Shown here: positions 14,301 to 32,400 of the stretch, in pieces | Numbering within the stretch: the first letter of the stretch is position 1 | Layout: every line of letters begins with the position of its first letter | Source of the DNA: Zootoca vivipara | Taxonomy: Eukaryota | Reading direction: 5' to 3' | Assembly (NCBI RefSeq): GCF_963506605.1 | Contig: NC_083288.1 | Location: 37,882,001 to 37,946,000 of the forward strand | DNA length: 64,000 bases | Made by a program: the position numbers and the translations under genes | Notes under the pieces: generated by a model | Told to the model about the DNA's origin: nothing | Database searches by the model: none | Seen by the model: only the letters and a program-made list of their open reading frames with translations

Positions 14301-14712
14301 TTAAAAATCAGCAGCATGCTTCAATTTCTTATTTGTAAAATGCCTTGTGACAGCAATTTTTTTTAAAGGATAAAATAAAAAGTTCAGGTGTTATTGCTGC
14401 CAGCATTTGAGTCCCCAAACACTGATGAACATTTGCTTAAAAACAAGACTCACTGTTACTGGGGAATCTACTCTCTGGACGTTGCTTTCTTCCACCAAGA
14501 TCTCTCTGTAGAGAAAGGAAAGGAAATGTGTCTCACACAGAAACTCTACACCATAATTGGCTACATTTTACAGTCTTAGAACAGGTATTCTTATAGATGT
14601 CAGGCAACACTCACCTCGCCTTGGCACAGAGGGCTTTGACCTCGCTCTCCTTGATGAGCTCACAGCGCCGCAACTGCTCTATCTGACGGTCAAGGTCACT
14701 GATTTCAGCCAT
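11312..14712 (-). CDS. PPP4C: Serine/threonine protein phosphatase 4 catalytic subunit (307 aa)
   Basis: Exons 14615-14712, 14454-14505, 13597-13647, 13398-13499, 13087-13260, 12671-12797, 11645-11834, 11312-11441 (sum 924 nt). [14 protein letters not shown] start, GDIHG/GDFVDRG/RGNHE motifs, C-terminal ADYFL*. Confidence 0.98.
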
Positions 14713-15219
14713 CTTGCCCCCTTGTAGGGATAGAATTGCAGTCAACTTTTTAAAAAAATTAAAACACTTAACATCAAGGCATACAACTTTGATGACAATG
14801 GGGAAAAAGAACTGAGCACATACACCCAGAAAATATTTCCATCAAAAAGGATGAGAGTAAAAGTCAAATAATAGACCCTCAGCTCTATGTTGTTTCCTAC
14901 TATTGTCCAGTTAACAGGAAGGATCACAAGGAATATCAATAAGGGAGAGACTTATAATCTATATCTGTTTTTCCCAAGCTGGTGCTCTCCAAATCTTGCT
15001 GGACTATAATTTCTATTGGTCAAGTTGGCTGGGGCTGACAAGACCCCAAAACACCTGGAGGACACCAGGTTAGGGAAGGCTGATCTATATAGTAAACCCC
15101 TTATACTACCCTTTCCACAAAAACGGTGAAGCACCTGTAAAGAAACACTGGGGGCAACGTCACACACTGTAACACTAACAAACAAATAAGAAAGTGAATT
15201 AAACCCAAGCTGGATGCTA

Positions 15220-15257
<38 letters not shown>

Positions 15258-16326
15258 AAAAGAGCTGAAAGAGACTATGCTTTCAGACCCTCTGTGATAT
15301 GAGGCTGTTGGTATCAGAGGCATTCTCTTTCAAGCTTCTCCAAAGATTTGTGCAAACTGTGCCTCATACACTGAAAAGGCAATATAAATTTGGAAGGCAG
15401 TAAAAAAATGCATTGTTATAAAAAACAATGATCATTGTTCTACACACTTCTGTTATCAAAGGGGAGAGGGTGGTAAAATCTTTATGTTGTGTCCCAGGAC
15501 TTCTTTTCAACATCAGCAGAGTGAGCAGATTATCTCCTAGGAAAAAGTTCCCACCCTCTCCATCTTTCTTATCCAACAGTAATGGGAAGGTGCCTCCACC
15601 CAACCATCTCATTCAAAAAGCCAGGTCCCCACCTCACTATCTGATCTCTTTGCCCAATGATACCCAGAACTTTTTAAGATAAGGAGTGACGAGTCACATG
15701 AAAGGAGACAGAAGAGCATGACCAACTACCTCCTGTTACCATGACAATACCACCCTATATGTCTCTAAGATCTTCCCATCATTGCACCCATATTTGTTTC
15801 TCTGCCCCCCTCACGCAGTTAAATGATCCCATATCCCCTGAACTCACCATTAAAAGGGCAAAGGGAAATTTGCATATAAAGAAATCAAGCAAGTTGCTAC
15901 TTGTTGTATTCTTTCGCACCCTCAGAAGGGCCACCTTCCACCCCACGCCCATCCCTTTCCAAAAAGCCTTCCTTTCGGAAAAACATAAAACACCTCACTC
16001 CACGAGGTTGGGCACCCCCAAGACAGAGCGACGCCTGCCTTCTCCATGAGCTTGAGGGGAGAGAAGCCCCTTTCTCTCCTCCTCGCTTTCTCCTCCTCAT
16101 GGGCCCCACCAGCCCCGCTCCCCAAGGAAGCTCTGGCGGTCTCGCTTGTGAAAAGCGCCCAGAGCCTCCATCCAGGTGACAACTCTCCCCTCTTCCCCCT
16201 CCTGACCCCACAGGCTGCTGTCTCTATGGCAACCAACTTTCCCCGGCGCCCCCACCCGCGGCCAGGATCCAAAGGAAAGGGCGCCTCCCCCCGCGCACAA
16301 GGACGCCCCACCTTCCGGGAGCCTAC

Positions 16327-16640
16327 CTGGGGTCCCGGTAGCGGCGGCGGCGACGGTGGCGGCTGCTCCGCGGCTCCCTCCGGCTCCCGGGCCCGGCCCC
16401 TCCCCCTCTATCTTTCCGGCTCTCCCACCAACTACTGGGCGCTGTACGTCACTTCCGCTTCCTTCTAGGACGAAGAACAGGCACAGGTGAGGCGGGGCTT
16501 CTCTCCGCTATCCCTTTGAAGGGGCGGGACCTTGACTCATCGGAAGTGACGAAAAAGGGCGAGGCAGGCGGAAAAAGTATGCCGGCCATGCTGGGGTTTA
16601 AAAGGCGCCGCTGACACTCCGCCGGAAGTGACGGAATCGT
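16327..16640 (-). promoter_or_regulatory. PPP4C: PPP4C CpG-island promoter and non-coding exon 1
   Basis: GC/CpG-rich. Donor CAG|GTAGG at 16326/16327. ETS-CRE motifs CGGAAGTGACG at 16447-16457, 16541-16551 and 16622-16633, plus GC boxes. Confidence 0.75.
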
Positions 16641-18466
16641 GGGGGGGAACCTTTTTTATTTTATTTTATTTTATTTTATTTATTGAATCTATACCGCCCT
16701 ATACCCGGAGGTCTCAGGGCGGTTCACATAAAAAAATCACAATATATAGAATCAAAATAAGAACAATAACCCAATAATACCCCCAATTATTATTTACTTG
16801 ACGCGCATCCCTTTTAAATATGAACATTGTATTAGTTAGACAGCACTTCACAAGGTGTTTTGCACGTAGCCAGGGGGTCGAGAACGAAAGCGTGGCTGGA
16901 GGCCACCTAAGTTATGGGACTTCAGGTTCTGCTGGACTACAGCCCCCGTCATTCGTCGCCGTCGGCCTTGCCGGCTGTGGCTGATGGGAGTTGGAGTCCA
17001 AAAAGTCTCTGTCTCTATCTCTTTGAGGCAGAAGGATGTCGGTCTGGAAGTGGCCTAGTATCACGGGCGGAAGCCTCCTGAAATGGAGGAGAGGATGCGC
17101 CTCCTGACTTTCTGAGGGCGCGCCTTGGAGGAGCTCAGTTGAAGGGTGTGATGAGCCATGCGGGGCGGGTGGGGAAGTGAGAACAGCCTATTCGATTTTA
17201 AAGTGCCCCACCCCCAAAGCGGAATGATTCCCAACCCTACCGCCCATCAATGCTCTGTTACGTTGTAGGAAAGAGCTCCGTCTGAAGCCCCTAGGGAGTG
17301 AGTGGCTATCAGTTAGCAGAGTCTAGGCAGGGCGTGCAGCGCTGCGTTCCGTGGATCCATAGGGTTTCAGCGGAAGGGGAAGAGCTACGGCCTTAAGGGA
17401 GCTACTTAGTCCTCGAGCTTTTATATACAACCTTCGAAATGTGCATAATTACTTTTCTGCTGTATATTTTCTGTGTCCATCGTGTACTGTCCTCATCCAG
17501 CCGAACACTGGACCAACATATATATTCTGAGAAAATCAAATCCACTTGTGCAGAAGTTAATTGTTATTCTGGCTGAATCTAGAGGTTTGTCAGCGCCTTC
17601 CATCCCTTAACACTTGTTCTTTGAGACAATCGAGCATTTTCCTAGCTGAATGGGAAATAAGACACCACCACCCTTTCCAAGGATATAGTCCATGACACCA
17701 AAATAGCCATTTCCCTCATTATGCCAAGTTTCAAGTGTGAAATATTTCAAGACCACAAGAAAGCCTGATTTGTGCATTTACTGAGGATAGACCAAGCTGG
17801 TAACTGTCCCCTGGTTCTATATCCAACACTTTTCAAAACCCAGAGATACAGGATTGGGGGTTGTTAGCACACCCAATTGAGTTTATGGTCAAGCCACTAA
17901 AAAAGGTAAAACATTTTATCAATCCTGTTTCACTAATCCTGTTTTTCCCTCCATTTGATTGCAAATTGGGCTGTGTTCTATGTAGTACAAGGGCTAACTA
18001 AAAACTTTGCAGTATACCCATATTTTCAAGTTCCTTTTGCATGTGATATTCCTATTCTATAGGCCTCAAACCAATCTGCTGCAATGGAATTACCAGGTTA
18101 TTATGCTAGGTATTGCTCAAATCAAAAGATCTTCTATAACTCACACTTCCCAAAGATTACTGCTAATAATTCCTGTCATTTAAATAATAATTCCTGTAAT
18201 CTAAATAGCATTCAGAGAATTCCAGCTCTACATCCCATATTAATTCCTCAAATTATCAATGATCAGAAACAATTTTCTGTACAGTACAGTGAATAAAAAC
18301 TGATGTGGCTTCTTCTAAGAAAAACTAACCAGCAAAGTCCTTGATGCTACTTCCCATGATCTCAGAGTCTTCACCACCATTTCCCTCAACACTTTTCTGG
18401 GGGAAATGGAGACACACACTTGGATAGCTAGGTCATTTAAGTGGAAGCAGCATAGCTGAACAGCTA

Positions 18467-18666
18467 GTGGTACCTCTGGTTAAGAACTTAATTCGTTCTG
18501 GAGGTCCATTCTTAACCTGAAACTGTTCTTAACCTGAGGTACTACTTTAGCTAATGGGCCTCCCACTGCCGCAGCATGATTTCTGTTCTCATCCTGAAGC
18601 AAAGTTCTTAACCTGAGGTACTATTTCTGGGTTAGCGGCGGAGTCTGTAACCTGAGGTACCACTGT
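18467..18666. mobile_element. Tc1/mariner (Tigger-like) MITE
   Basis: AGTGGTACCTC...GAGGTACCACTG terminal inverted repeats. Confidence 0.75.
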
Positions 18667-19581
18667 ATAGAAGAGATTCAAGCCCCTGGCTTCTAAGACT
18701 CTCAAAAAGAAGGGCAAGGTGGGGGGAACACAATCTGCCACTCAACATGGTGCTCTCCAGATGTTTTGGACAAATACTCTCCATCAACCCTGGCCAGCAT
18801 GGTCAATGGTCAGGGAGGGTAGGGCTATCAATGGCTACTAACCATAATGGCTATAATCTGCCTCAATGGTTGGAGGCAGAAAATGCTTCTAAATACCACT
18901 TGCTGGAAACCACAGGAGGGAAGAGTGCTCTTGTGCTCTGGGGTCCTGCTTGCTGGTTTCCCACAGGCATCCCAACATCCCACTGAGAACAGGATGTTGG
19001 ATCAGATGGGCCACTGGCCAGAACCAGCAAACTCTTCTTATGTCCTTATGATGGGAGCTGCAGTCCACAACATATTGAAGGCCCTGCATTCATCGGCTAT
19101 CCCTGAAGTAAACAACAACGGGCAAAAGAGGACATAAGCCCAATGCAACTCCTTGTACATCTTTTGGTATGGCGTGCGTTAAACTTTCCATCTAGAACTC
19201 TGCGGGGGGAAAGAAAGAACAACAGAGACCCTGGCAATTTTCAAATAGATTTTCTTTTATTTCTAGAAGTCCGCGAGTCAGGCGTCATCCCAGCTCCAGA
19301 GACATTTCGGTGTTATGGCCACAGACCAGGAGTGTCGTCGGTCACCAGAAGGAAAAGCAGGACATCACACACACACAAGGCATACAGAGGCTGGGGGGTG
19401 GGAGGTGGATCAAGGACAAGGAAGAAGCCAAGGCTTCCGGGTTCTTTCAAGGCAAGGCAAAGATGTCCACCTTTCCCTGCTATAGAAGCTGGCAGAGAGG
19501 AAGCAGGGCTGGGCAAGAAACAGAACAAGAGACACCACAGGCACAACATTACAACAAAAGAGCGCAACCAGGCCTCTGATT

Positions 19582-24459
<4,878 letters not shown>

Positions 24460-25336
24460 CTAAACTGGAGAAGGCAAAGAAGTGTTAATACAAGCCTGGC
24501 AACGAGGTCTCTTGGCGCCCTGTAGCCTTGCCTTCCTCTTCTCTGCCTGCTCAGTCCTGTATCTGGAAGCCTGAAGGGAGACACCCACGCCAAGGACCTT
24601 CGGTCTGTACAGAGACTGGCAAGGAGGGCAGGAGAGAATTCTGCTCCTCCCTGTTGCTATGGAAATCGGAGGATTCCCACTAAGGTCAAGGGGGATGCCC
24701 AGATTAAAGCCATATTTCAAAGAAGGAAAGGCTCCAGCAGGTGATGGCTAGCAGATACCAAGGACGTTTCAAGGACAGAGGAAATCGCCGTTTACCCTGT
24801 TCCTCAAGAGAACCCCAGTTCTCACCCTCCCTTTTTCCAACTTCTTGCCCTGCTCTGAGCTTTCCCCCTGATATTAACTACCCCAATCAGCTACAACACC
24901 TTTGCGATGCGAGTCCAATTGCAGAAGAAAATAAACACTGGAAAGTGTAAACGAAGGAGTGAGGAATATTTACGCTTACTTTAGGGGTTTTTTTGGGGGG
25001 GCGTCCTGATTTCTTTCCCCCTCTGCAACAGTTGTACATTAAGCTTCACCACGTGATTTCAAATCCCGCTTTTCTTCCCCCGCCCGGACTTCCTCCTCCC
25101 TTCCCCCACCCCACCCCACGTTTTACCGTCTCCATCTTATCTATCTCAAAGTCCGATTATATAAACCGCGGCGGCGGAGAGAGAATAATCGCAACTGCTC
25201 CTTCGACCATATCTTATTTTTTCTTTACTTCCCTTCCCTCAAAATCCTAATCTGTAAAGAGGAAGGGCTCGCCACCCGTTCTCCTTGGAGGAAGAATGCG
25301 TGCGTAAGAAAATTTGAAAAGGGGGGGGGTTCAAAC

Positions 25337-25640
25337 CTGCCTTCTTCCTTAGCAGCAGCAAACGGGAGCCGGGATGGGCGCGAGCAAAGTGAAGCGTTCG
25401 AATCGAATGCTCAAAAGAAGCTCCGCGTTCCAGGATCGAACGTCACGCAGCAGGGCAAGGCGGAAAAGGGTGTGAAATTGACTCATTGAGGAGGGGGGGA
25501 GGGAGGAGATTTAAAGGGCCCAAGCTCTCCCACCCCCTAATAGCGGCGAAGGTATTTATTTAAATATAAGGAAACGGAGATAAGCGTGGACGAACTCTGC
25601 TCCACTCTACTGAGCCCTACGCGTGGAAATAAGAGATTTC
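25337..25640 (-). promoter_or_regulatory. ALDOA: ALDOA proximal (housekeeping-type) promoter and non-coding first exon
   Basis: CpG-rich segment about 0.9 kb upstream of the first coding exon (acceptor at 24464). Donor CAG|GTTTGA at 25336/25337, AP-1 TGACTCA near 25479, TTTAAA/TATA-like boxes near 25510-25570. Confidence 0.55.
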
Positions 25641-27073
25641 ATTCCCGTGGCCGACCGTGCTGCAGAACCCCAGTGTGTGCTTAGGGGCAAAATCACGTTT
25701 TCATATTTGCGATTAGATTAGATTAGATTAGAAACCTCCAAACGGTAGGCGCATTCATTGCATACCCTAAAAGGGCAGATGCACTTTTTAACCTGCTTAT
25801 TTAAAGAGCACTAAGGGGTAAAATGTTGTTGAGGACCGAGGGCGTTCCCCCATCTTCCTGGGAGATGGAAAGGGAAGCCAAATCGGGATCCATAGGTCTT
25901 TCCCTCCTTTGCATCCTCTCCCAGACTCTAGTTTCAGCAATGACCTTTCAAGGGGACACCTGATCCCCGCTCCTCCAGCTCCTCTGTCCTTTTCCGAAGG
26001 ACACGCTGCTATTTCTGGATCCCCTCACCCCCATGAGTGTTGGGCTTTAGCTGCGGAAAAGAGAGAGGGGCCTGGGCATGGAGCTGATTGTGCAAGAGAG
26101 AGAATCGGAGTGGGAGCGATAAGATGGAACTGGTGGCATCGCAGAAAGGAATTTTCACAGGCGAAAGGGCAGCTTCTATAACGGGGAAAGGCTGCAAGCC
26201 TAAGCACATTTGCAAGGGAGTAGGACCCGTTTGAAAGGACAAATATTTTCTGCCTGTAGCCACAGGCCACTGCAAAACCTTGCCTTTAATTCCAGAATAA
26301 AGGAGCACAGTGCTAAACGATCAGAAGCAACAACAGCTGATGGCGAAGATTCTGAACTCCCCATAAAAGCTCCAGGGTCAAAACTGGTGGCTTTATCAGT
26401 ATAGGGGCAACAGAGATTTCTTTGACAAGACCAAGCATCTGGGTTCTGGAGTTGTGACCCTGCCAGTGCTTTATTGGCCTACAAGCTGTGCATTGGGGTA
26501 AAGATGTCATAGGTGGCTCACTGAGATTGGGGGCAGGGAGGAAGAATTGCAATACTGACTCAAAACCTGGCCACCGAAACAGTCCAGATGTCCAATAGTT
26601 TTAAAAAAAGCAAAACATATAAACCCAAAATTATCTGAACCACTTTGAATTCTGCCCAGAGCTTAACCCAATTCAGGGTGCCTTCCCAGAACCTGGTTTC
26701 ACTCTTCTTAGTCCTGTAAACTCATAAACAGGGGTGCATCAGAGCAAGCGCAGAATGCCTTTTGCTCAAGACCACACTGGGATCAGCCTCAACCTTTCTG
26801 GTGTTAGGAGCCAAACATTCGTCCCATCTGACATTCTCTGGTTCCAACACCCTTGCAATTTAGAGAGCCAGATAAGGAGGTTCCCTTGGCATCCCTCTTG
26901 TCAGATTTTAGGCGCCAGGCAGATACATTCCAGTTTTCCCAAGCATTTGGATCTTGCTGTGGCTTGATTTTTGACCTGTTCATGGTGTCCAAATTTTGGG
27001 ATGGGCAGATGTTTTTTTCCTGTTACTAATTGCTGGTGGATATAAACTTTTAGTGCCATGTATGGTTGCTTTA

Positions 27074-27354
27074 AGGCTTGCCGATGAGAAGGTTGGTGGT
27101 TCGAATCTCCGCGATGGGGTGAGCAGTTCGAAAGCACGTCCAAGTGCAAGTAGATAAATAGGTACCACTCTGGCAGGAAGGTAAACTGTTTCCGTGTGCT
27201 GCTCTGGTTCGCCAGAAGCTGCGTAGTCATGCTGGCCACATGACCCGGAAGCTGTACGCCAGCTCCCATAGCCAATAAAGCGAGATGAGCGCCGCAACCC
27301 CAGAGTCGTCCGCAACTGGACCTAACGGTCAGGGGTCCCTTTACCTTTACCTTT
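27074..27354 (+). mobile_element. Sauria SINE (5'-truncated, internal deletion)
   Basis: Shared body sequence and (ACCTTT)n tail. Confidence 0.85.
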
Positions 27355-30300
27355 ATGGTTGCTTTGGGCTATTTTATGTCATCTTTGCATTTTTAACTTG
27401 CTGTCAGCTGCTTTGAGACCTTTTTTCTTGTAAAAAGGGGAGGAATAAATTTAATAATACTTGCAATTTAAAGTGGCACTGATCCATGTTTTAAGGACAA
27501 CAGTGCATTTTGGCTTGTTTGTTTCGGTTGTAGGGCAGATTTCCCCGTGCAATTATTGCACTTGTAATGAACCAGGAGAGATTCAATAACCCAGAGAAAA
27601 AGCTGGGCGTTTATGCACATCCAAGATGTGGGCTGGGGTGGAAAACTGGGCTGTTGTCAGTGGTTTTTTTTTTTTGTACTGAGCAATGAAGTACTGTACC
27701 AGGGAAGCACGGTGGGTTATATAACACCCCAGCGGCTGGGAAGTGAGAGGCAGCTGCTGTTTGATTGATGAGAGGAGCGAAAAGGCCAGGCACTTGTGGG
27801 GTCAGTGTAACATGGGAATGCTTGGGGGAGGGGACCCCTTTTGCCTTGGCTCCCCAATCCGAAGTCCAGAACCTTCTACTTAGCCCTGGTCAGAATCCAA
27901 ACTGGGCTTCTCTTGGGGTGATTACGGTAATAGCTGAGTCACTGGTCTCTGTGCAGGAAAGCACGTAGCAGGCGGCAGGGGGTACGAGAGAGGCGCCCCT
28001 CCCCCCATTCGGACGGACCTGACTGGCGACTATAAACAGGGTTGGCTGATTGGGAGCTTCCCTGCCGGGACTGAACGTACGCGCGGCTTGAACGGCAGAA
28101 AGGTCACCATCCGTTCAGATCCCTCTTCCTCCTGCACCGATTTCTCTCTCCCCACCCGATCTCCACACTTTTCCAGTAAGGTTGCTTCCTGATCTCTTCC
28201 CCCTCCCTGAGGAGAACGTCGCTGTCTATTTTTAAAAATATATCTCTCCATTTCTCTTTTTTTACATTTCCAAAACGCACAATCATACCGAACAGTTAAT
28301 CAACAAAGTGATTTACACCGGAAGCTGCACGGCCTTTTTAATTAAATAGCAGGTCAGGCACCCGTTCAACAGGTGAAGCGTTTCCCGGATTTCTCCGCAT
28401 CATGCACTGCCTTAAAGGGTACAACAGAGAGAGGAGGTGGCAGAGGGGGAGGGAGGCCTACCCGCAGCAGTTAATACTTTTTGCTCCACCTCTGCAGGGC
28501 CAGTAAGACCAACCCCTTCTCACCACAACTAACATACCCACTCGCCCCCTATAAAGTTTCTGCAGAGTCTTAGATCAGCCAACCTTTAAACGACAATGCA
28601 GTCAAACAGCTGCTCATCCACAACGCCAAAATGATCAAGCCCCGAAATGCTAACGGGGGGAGGGGTATAGGAGGAGATGTCTAGGCTCCAGGAAGAAGGT
28701 GGCGAAGGCTTCCTGTCTCTTTGAAACGATTGCTGAATGGCAATAGATGTTCATTGTTGGCTGTTTTAATGAACGGTATGGATGGCAAGCCGCTTTGAGA
28801 GAGACGTCTGTGCAGTACAGAAGCCTTTTGAATAATAAATACTGCCACCAGGGTTCCAGTGCAGAAGTGTAGGGGGTGAAGCTTTCCCCCTCTTTTGTCT
28901 TCATGCTAAAGAAAGTTTCACCCACCTACTAAAATTTCTGCTCCGCCAGCAACTGTTAAGGGCATTGTAGCTCTGCCTTCCCCATCACAAATAGCAAAGA
29001 GCCTCGCTGCAGATTTATTGTGGCAGCTTTCATGAACTTAAGTCCATTTCCTCCAAAGGATGGTGTGGACTCTTGTCCGCAAAAGCTTATGCTACAATAA
29101 ATCTGTTAAGTCTTCAAGGTGCCATAAGACTATTAATTGATTTTTTTCTGCAACACATTGATTAACCCAGCTATCCACCTCTGGAAGCTCTTACTCCCCA
29201 AAGAGGTGGCAGTAAGGGGAGGAGAGCAACAAAGGAAGGAGCTTAACTGCGTGCCCCAGGCCCTTCCACCGATGATCACTACAAATAGGCAAAAGCAAGG
29301 CAGATCCTTCCAAGAAACCTACCGTACGCACCCTGTCCAAACCACCTTATGTGGAAGAGGGTTTTCACAAGTGATGTTCAGAATAGCCACAGCCTGGATA
29401 AGGGTATCCTTTTCATGCAGGATAGAAAGCAGCAGGCAGGGCTTTTTAAATCAAAGTATACATTCCATTCAATGTAGGCTTTACATCTGAATTACAGGTG
29501 CAGGGATTGCACAACCTGATTGAAAGCATCATTTGGAAGAAAAGAAACAAAGCTGCCTTAGATAAGAAAGAGATGGAAGCAGGTTTAAGGAGGAGCAAAG
29601 AATGAGCTAAGGAGCAATGGAGGTTCAGGCAAAGTGAGGCCACAGGCTTGATTACAAGACAAATACGGGAAGGTCCAACACACACACACACACAAACCCT
29701 GGAGCGGTGGATTGGGCAAGCACCAGGGACAGAAGGATTGAGACACACACACACACACACTTTCTGTTCCTGTGTCCCAGATACCATAGGATTATGTGAG
29801 CATTACTTCCTCAAACAATCAGCAACTGTGCAAGACTTTTGCAAGTCATTGCAGCATTCAAAGGAAACTGCCGTGTTAGATAATATAGCTGGAGTCCCTT
29901 TGGTCTTACATGGAGTAACTGGATGTATGAAAGCAAGATCCAAGGTTTAGGGAGGCCCCATCAATTATTCAATAAATAAATGATAAAGGGGGTGATGGGA
30001 ATAGAACAGAGACAAGATTTAAAAAGGGGAGAAGAATCAGACACAGACAGGCTCGGTGTGGTTGCTTTTTTTTCCTTTTAAAGGATAAATCTACTGTTCA
30101 TAAACTCAGAACAGGCAGAGGGTTTTGTCTGTTTTAAACAAAAGGATGCACCCTTGAAACAACATCCACCAATAGCATGCCTTGTCATTCACAGAGATGG
30201 AATAATAGAATTGCAAAGTTGGAAGGGACCCCGAGGATCATCTAGTCCAACCCCCTGCAACGCAGGAATATGCACGTGTCCCATTTGGGGGGTCGAACAT

Positions 30301-30559
30301 GCAACCTTGGCGTTTATCACCACCACACTGTAACTAACTGAGCTATAGATGTTGGTTCCCGCTAAGGCCGCTCACTGCACCCCTACTGAGTCCCACATCC
30401 TTTCTCCCTTGAAACCTTCCGACAATCTCATGCAGGCAGCATCTCAAGCCTTTTCCTAGTAGCGTGAGCATTTAGATTTGCCTCTTCTTGACAGCCCCTT
30501 CTCCCGACTCCCACCCTCCCCTCCACAGCCCACTCCTTTCCCTCCCATCTCCCACATAC

Positions 30560-30780
30560 CGTGGGTGTAGCGGGGGTTCTGGCAAGACACGACGGCTCCG
30601 TTGGGTGCTGGGTGACTGGCAGAGGCAAAACCGGGGGCTGAGCTGTATAAGAAGGGAGCAGGGGCGGGAGGGAGGGGCCGCACTAACCTTCTCCCCGACC
30701 CCTGGCCTTTCGCAGGGCAGCCTAAATATAGGCCTTGGGGTCTGGGAATGTGAAACAAGAGGCCTCTGACATTCCCTGCA
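30560..30780 (-). promoter_or_regulatory. ALDOA: ALDOA muscle-type (pM-like) promoter and short non-coding exon
   Basis: MEF2 consensus CTAAATATAG at 30722-30731, GC box near 30661, TATA-like CTTATACA at 30644-30651, M-CAT-like CATTCC sites near 30745 and 30770, donor ACG|GTATGT at 30559/30560. Confidence 0.65.
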
Positions 30781-31203
30781 GAGCAAGGAGCAGCAAGGGT
30801 GTCACGGGGCCCCGGGGCTGAGAGACCTGTGCGATACCCCCTCCCCCAGTGTGGCTCAGTCCCAACCAAGCAGCCATCCCCACACATGCATGCTATCCTT
30901 CTCGCTGCCGGAAAGCCTCGCTTCGACCCACTTCCCTGCAGCCCTGCACTGGCGGTGGTGCAGACTGTAAGCAACCCCTAGGATTTAGAATATCTTTTGG
31001 CCATCTGCTTCAATCTGTGAGCTGTATCCAACCCCCTCCTCCCTTTGCCAAGGAGAAGGCTAAGCTAAAGGAGGCAACTTCCACCCTCCATCTTGGGTGA
31101 TTTCCCCCTCCCCCCCACACTTTCTCCTGCTACTGGCTTGCATTTTAAAGCTTCTGTTGGGATTCCCATTATTTCTGCCCCTACCCCAGGACCTTAAGTC
31201 TCC

Positions 31204-31222
31204 CAGCGCCATCTGCTGCCCC
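31204..31222 (-). promoter_or_regulatory. Candidate CTCF site
   Basis: Minus strand GGGCAGCAGATGGCGCTG matches the CTCF core CCASYAGRKGGCRS at nearly all positions. Confidence 0.5.
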
Positions 31223-32045
31223 CCTGCAGGAACAACAACTTGATACCAAAAGGGGTTTGTTTTTCTTCTTCTTTTTTTTTTTTAAAAACGAGAGGTACTG
31301 TATATGCAACTCGCTGTTAAGACGGCACGATCCATTTCAGAGCAGGACCTGAGGAGATGGCAGACTCTCGTTTGCTGGAAATATTTTAAGAGCGGGGCTT
31401 GCAGCCATCTGTCAGGGGTGCATCCTGCATTAACACACCCTGCACTGAGTTGTATAGGGTGCTATCGTTGACCTTTAGGGCCCCTTTCCACAGTATGATT
31501 CTAGGATTGTGAAATCTTTTTAAAAGCAATGGGTGTGGTGGACCAACTCAGCTAAAGGAAGCGGATTCCTGATATTTAGGGCCTGGGGAGGAAACAGGCC
31601 TTAAGATTACTCCATCCCAGGGACATTTCAGGCTCTTAAAAGTCTACAGTTATAGCTACACAACCCATTAGAACTGGGAATTATCACACAACCCCCACCT
31701 CAAATTATTACTGGAAGAGGAGGCAGTGGCTACACCAGCTGTAAAGCAGCTGGCTGGCAGACCAAGAGCCCCTCTGTTTCTCTAGCCGATGTCTTGCTGC
31801 TATGAAGTGGACAGAAGTACTGTACATCTTCCAAAATTCATCAGATGATGAAGGGGGCGGGGGAAGGCTGTCTCATTTTACATTATATAAGCAGTGCCTC
31901 AGGGTGAGGTGCAGAGCAAGTGTCAACACAACTAGATGTGTCCTCATGGGCGGGCGAATTTTGGCCACTACAGGGCTTTTGGAACTTCAGCCAAGTCCTG
32001 TGAGGAAGAGTTGACATTGCCTTGGCTTGTTTAGCATAGAGAATA

Positions 32046-32400
32046 GGTAAAGGTAAAGGGACCCCTGACCATTAGGTCCAGTCGTGACCGACTCTGGGGT
32101 TGCGTGCTCATCTCGCATTATTGGCCAAGGGAGCCGGCGTATAGCTTCCAGGTCATGTGGCCAGCATGACAAAGCCGCTTCTGGCAAACCGGAGCAGCAC
32201 ACGGAAACGCCGTTTACCTTCCCGCTGTAGCGGTTCCTATTTATCTACTTGCATTTTGACGTGCTTTCGAACTGCTAGGTTGGCAGGAGCTGGGACCGAG
32301 CAACGGGAGCTCACCCCGTCACAGGGATTCGAACCGCCGACCTTCTGATCAGCAAGCCCTAGGCTCAGTGGTTTAACCCACAGCGCCACCTGGGTCCCCC
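32046..32400 (-). mobile_element. Sauria SINE, full length with TSD
   Basis: Full reverse-complement copy flanked by the 13-bp direct repeat AGCATAGAGAATA (32033-32045, 32401-32413). Confidence 0.92.
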
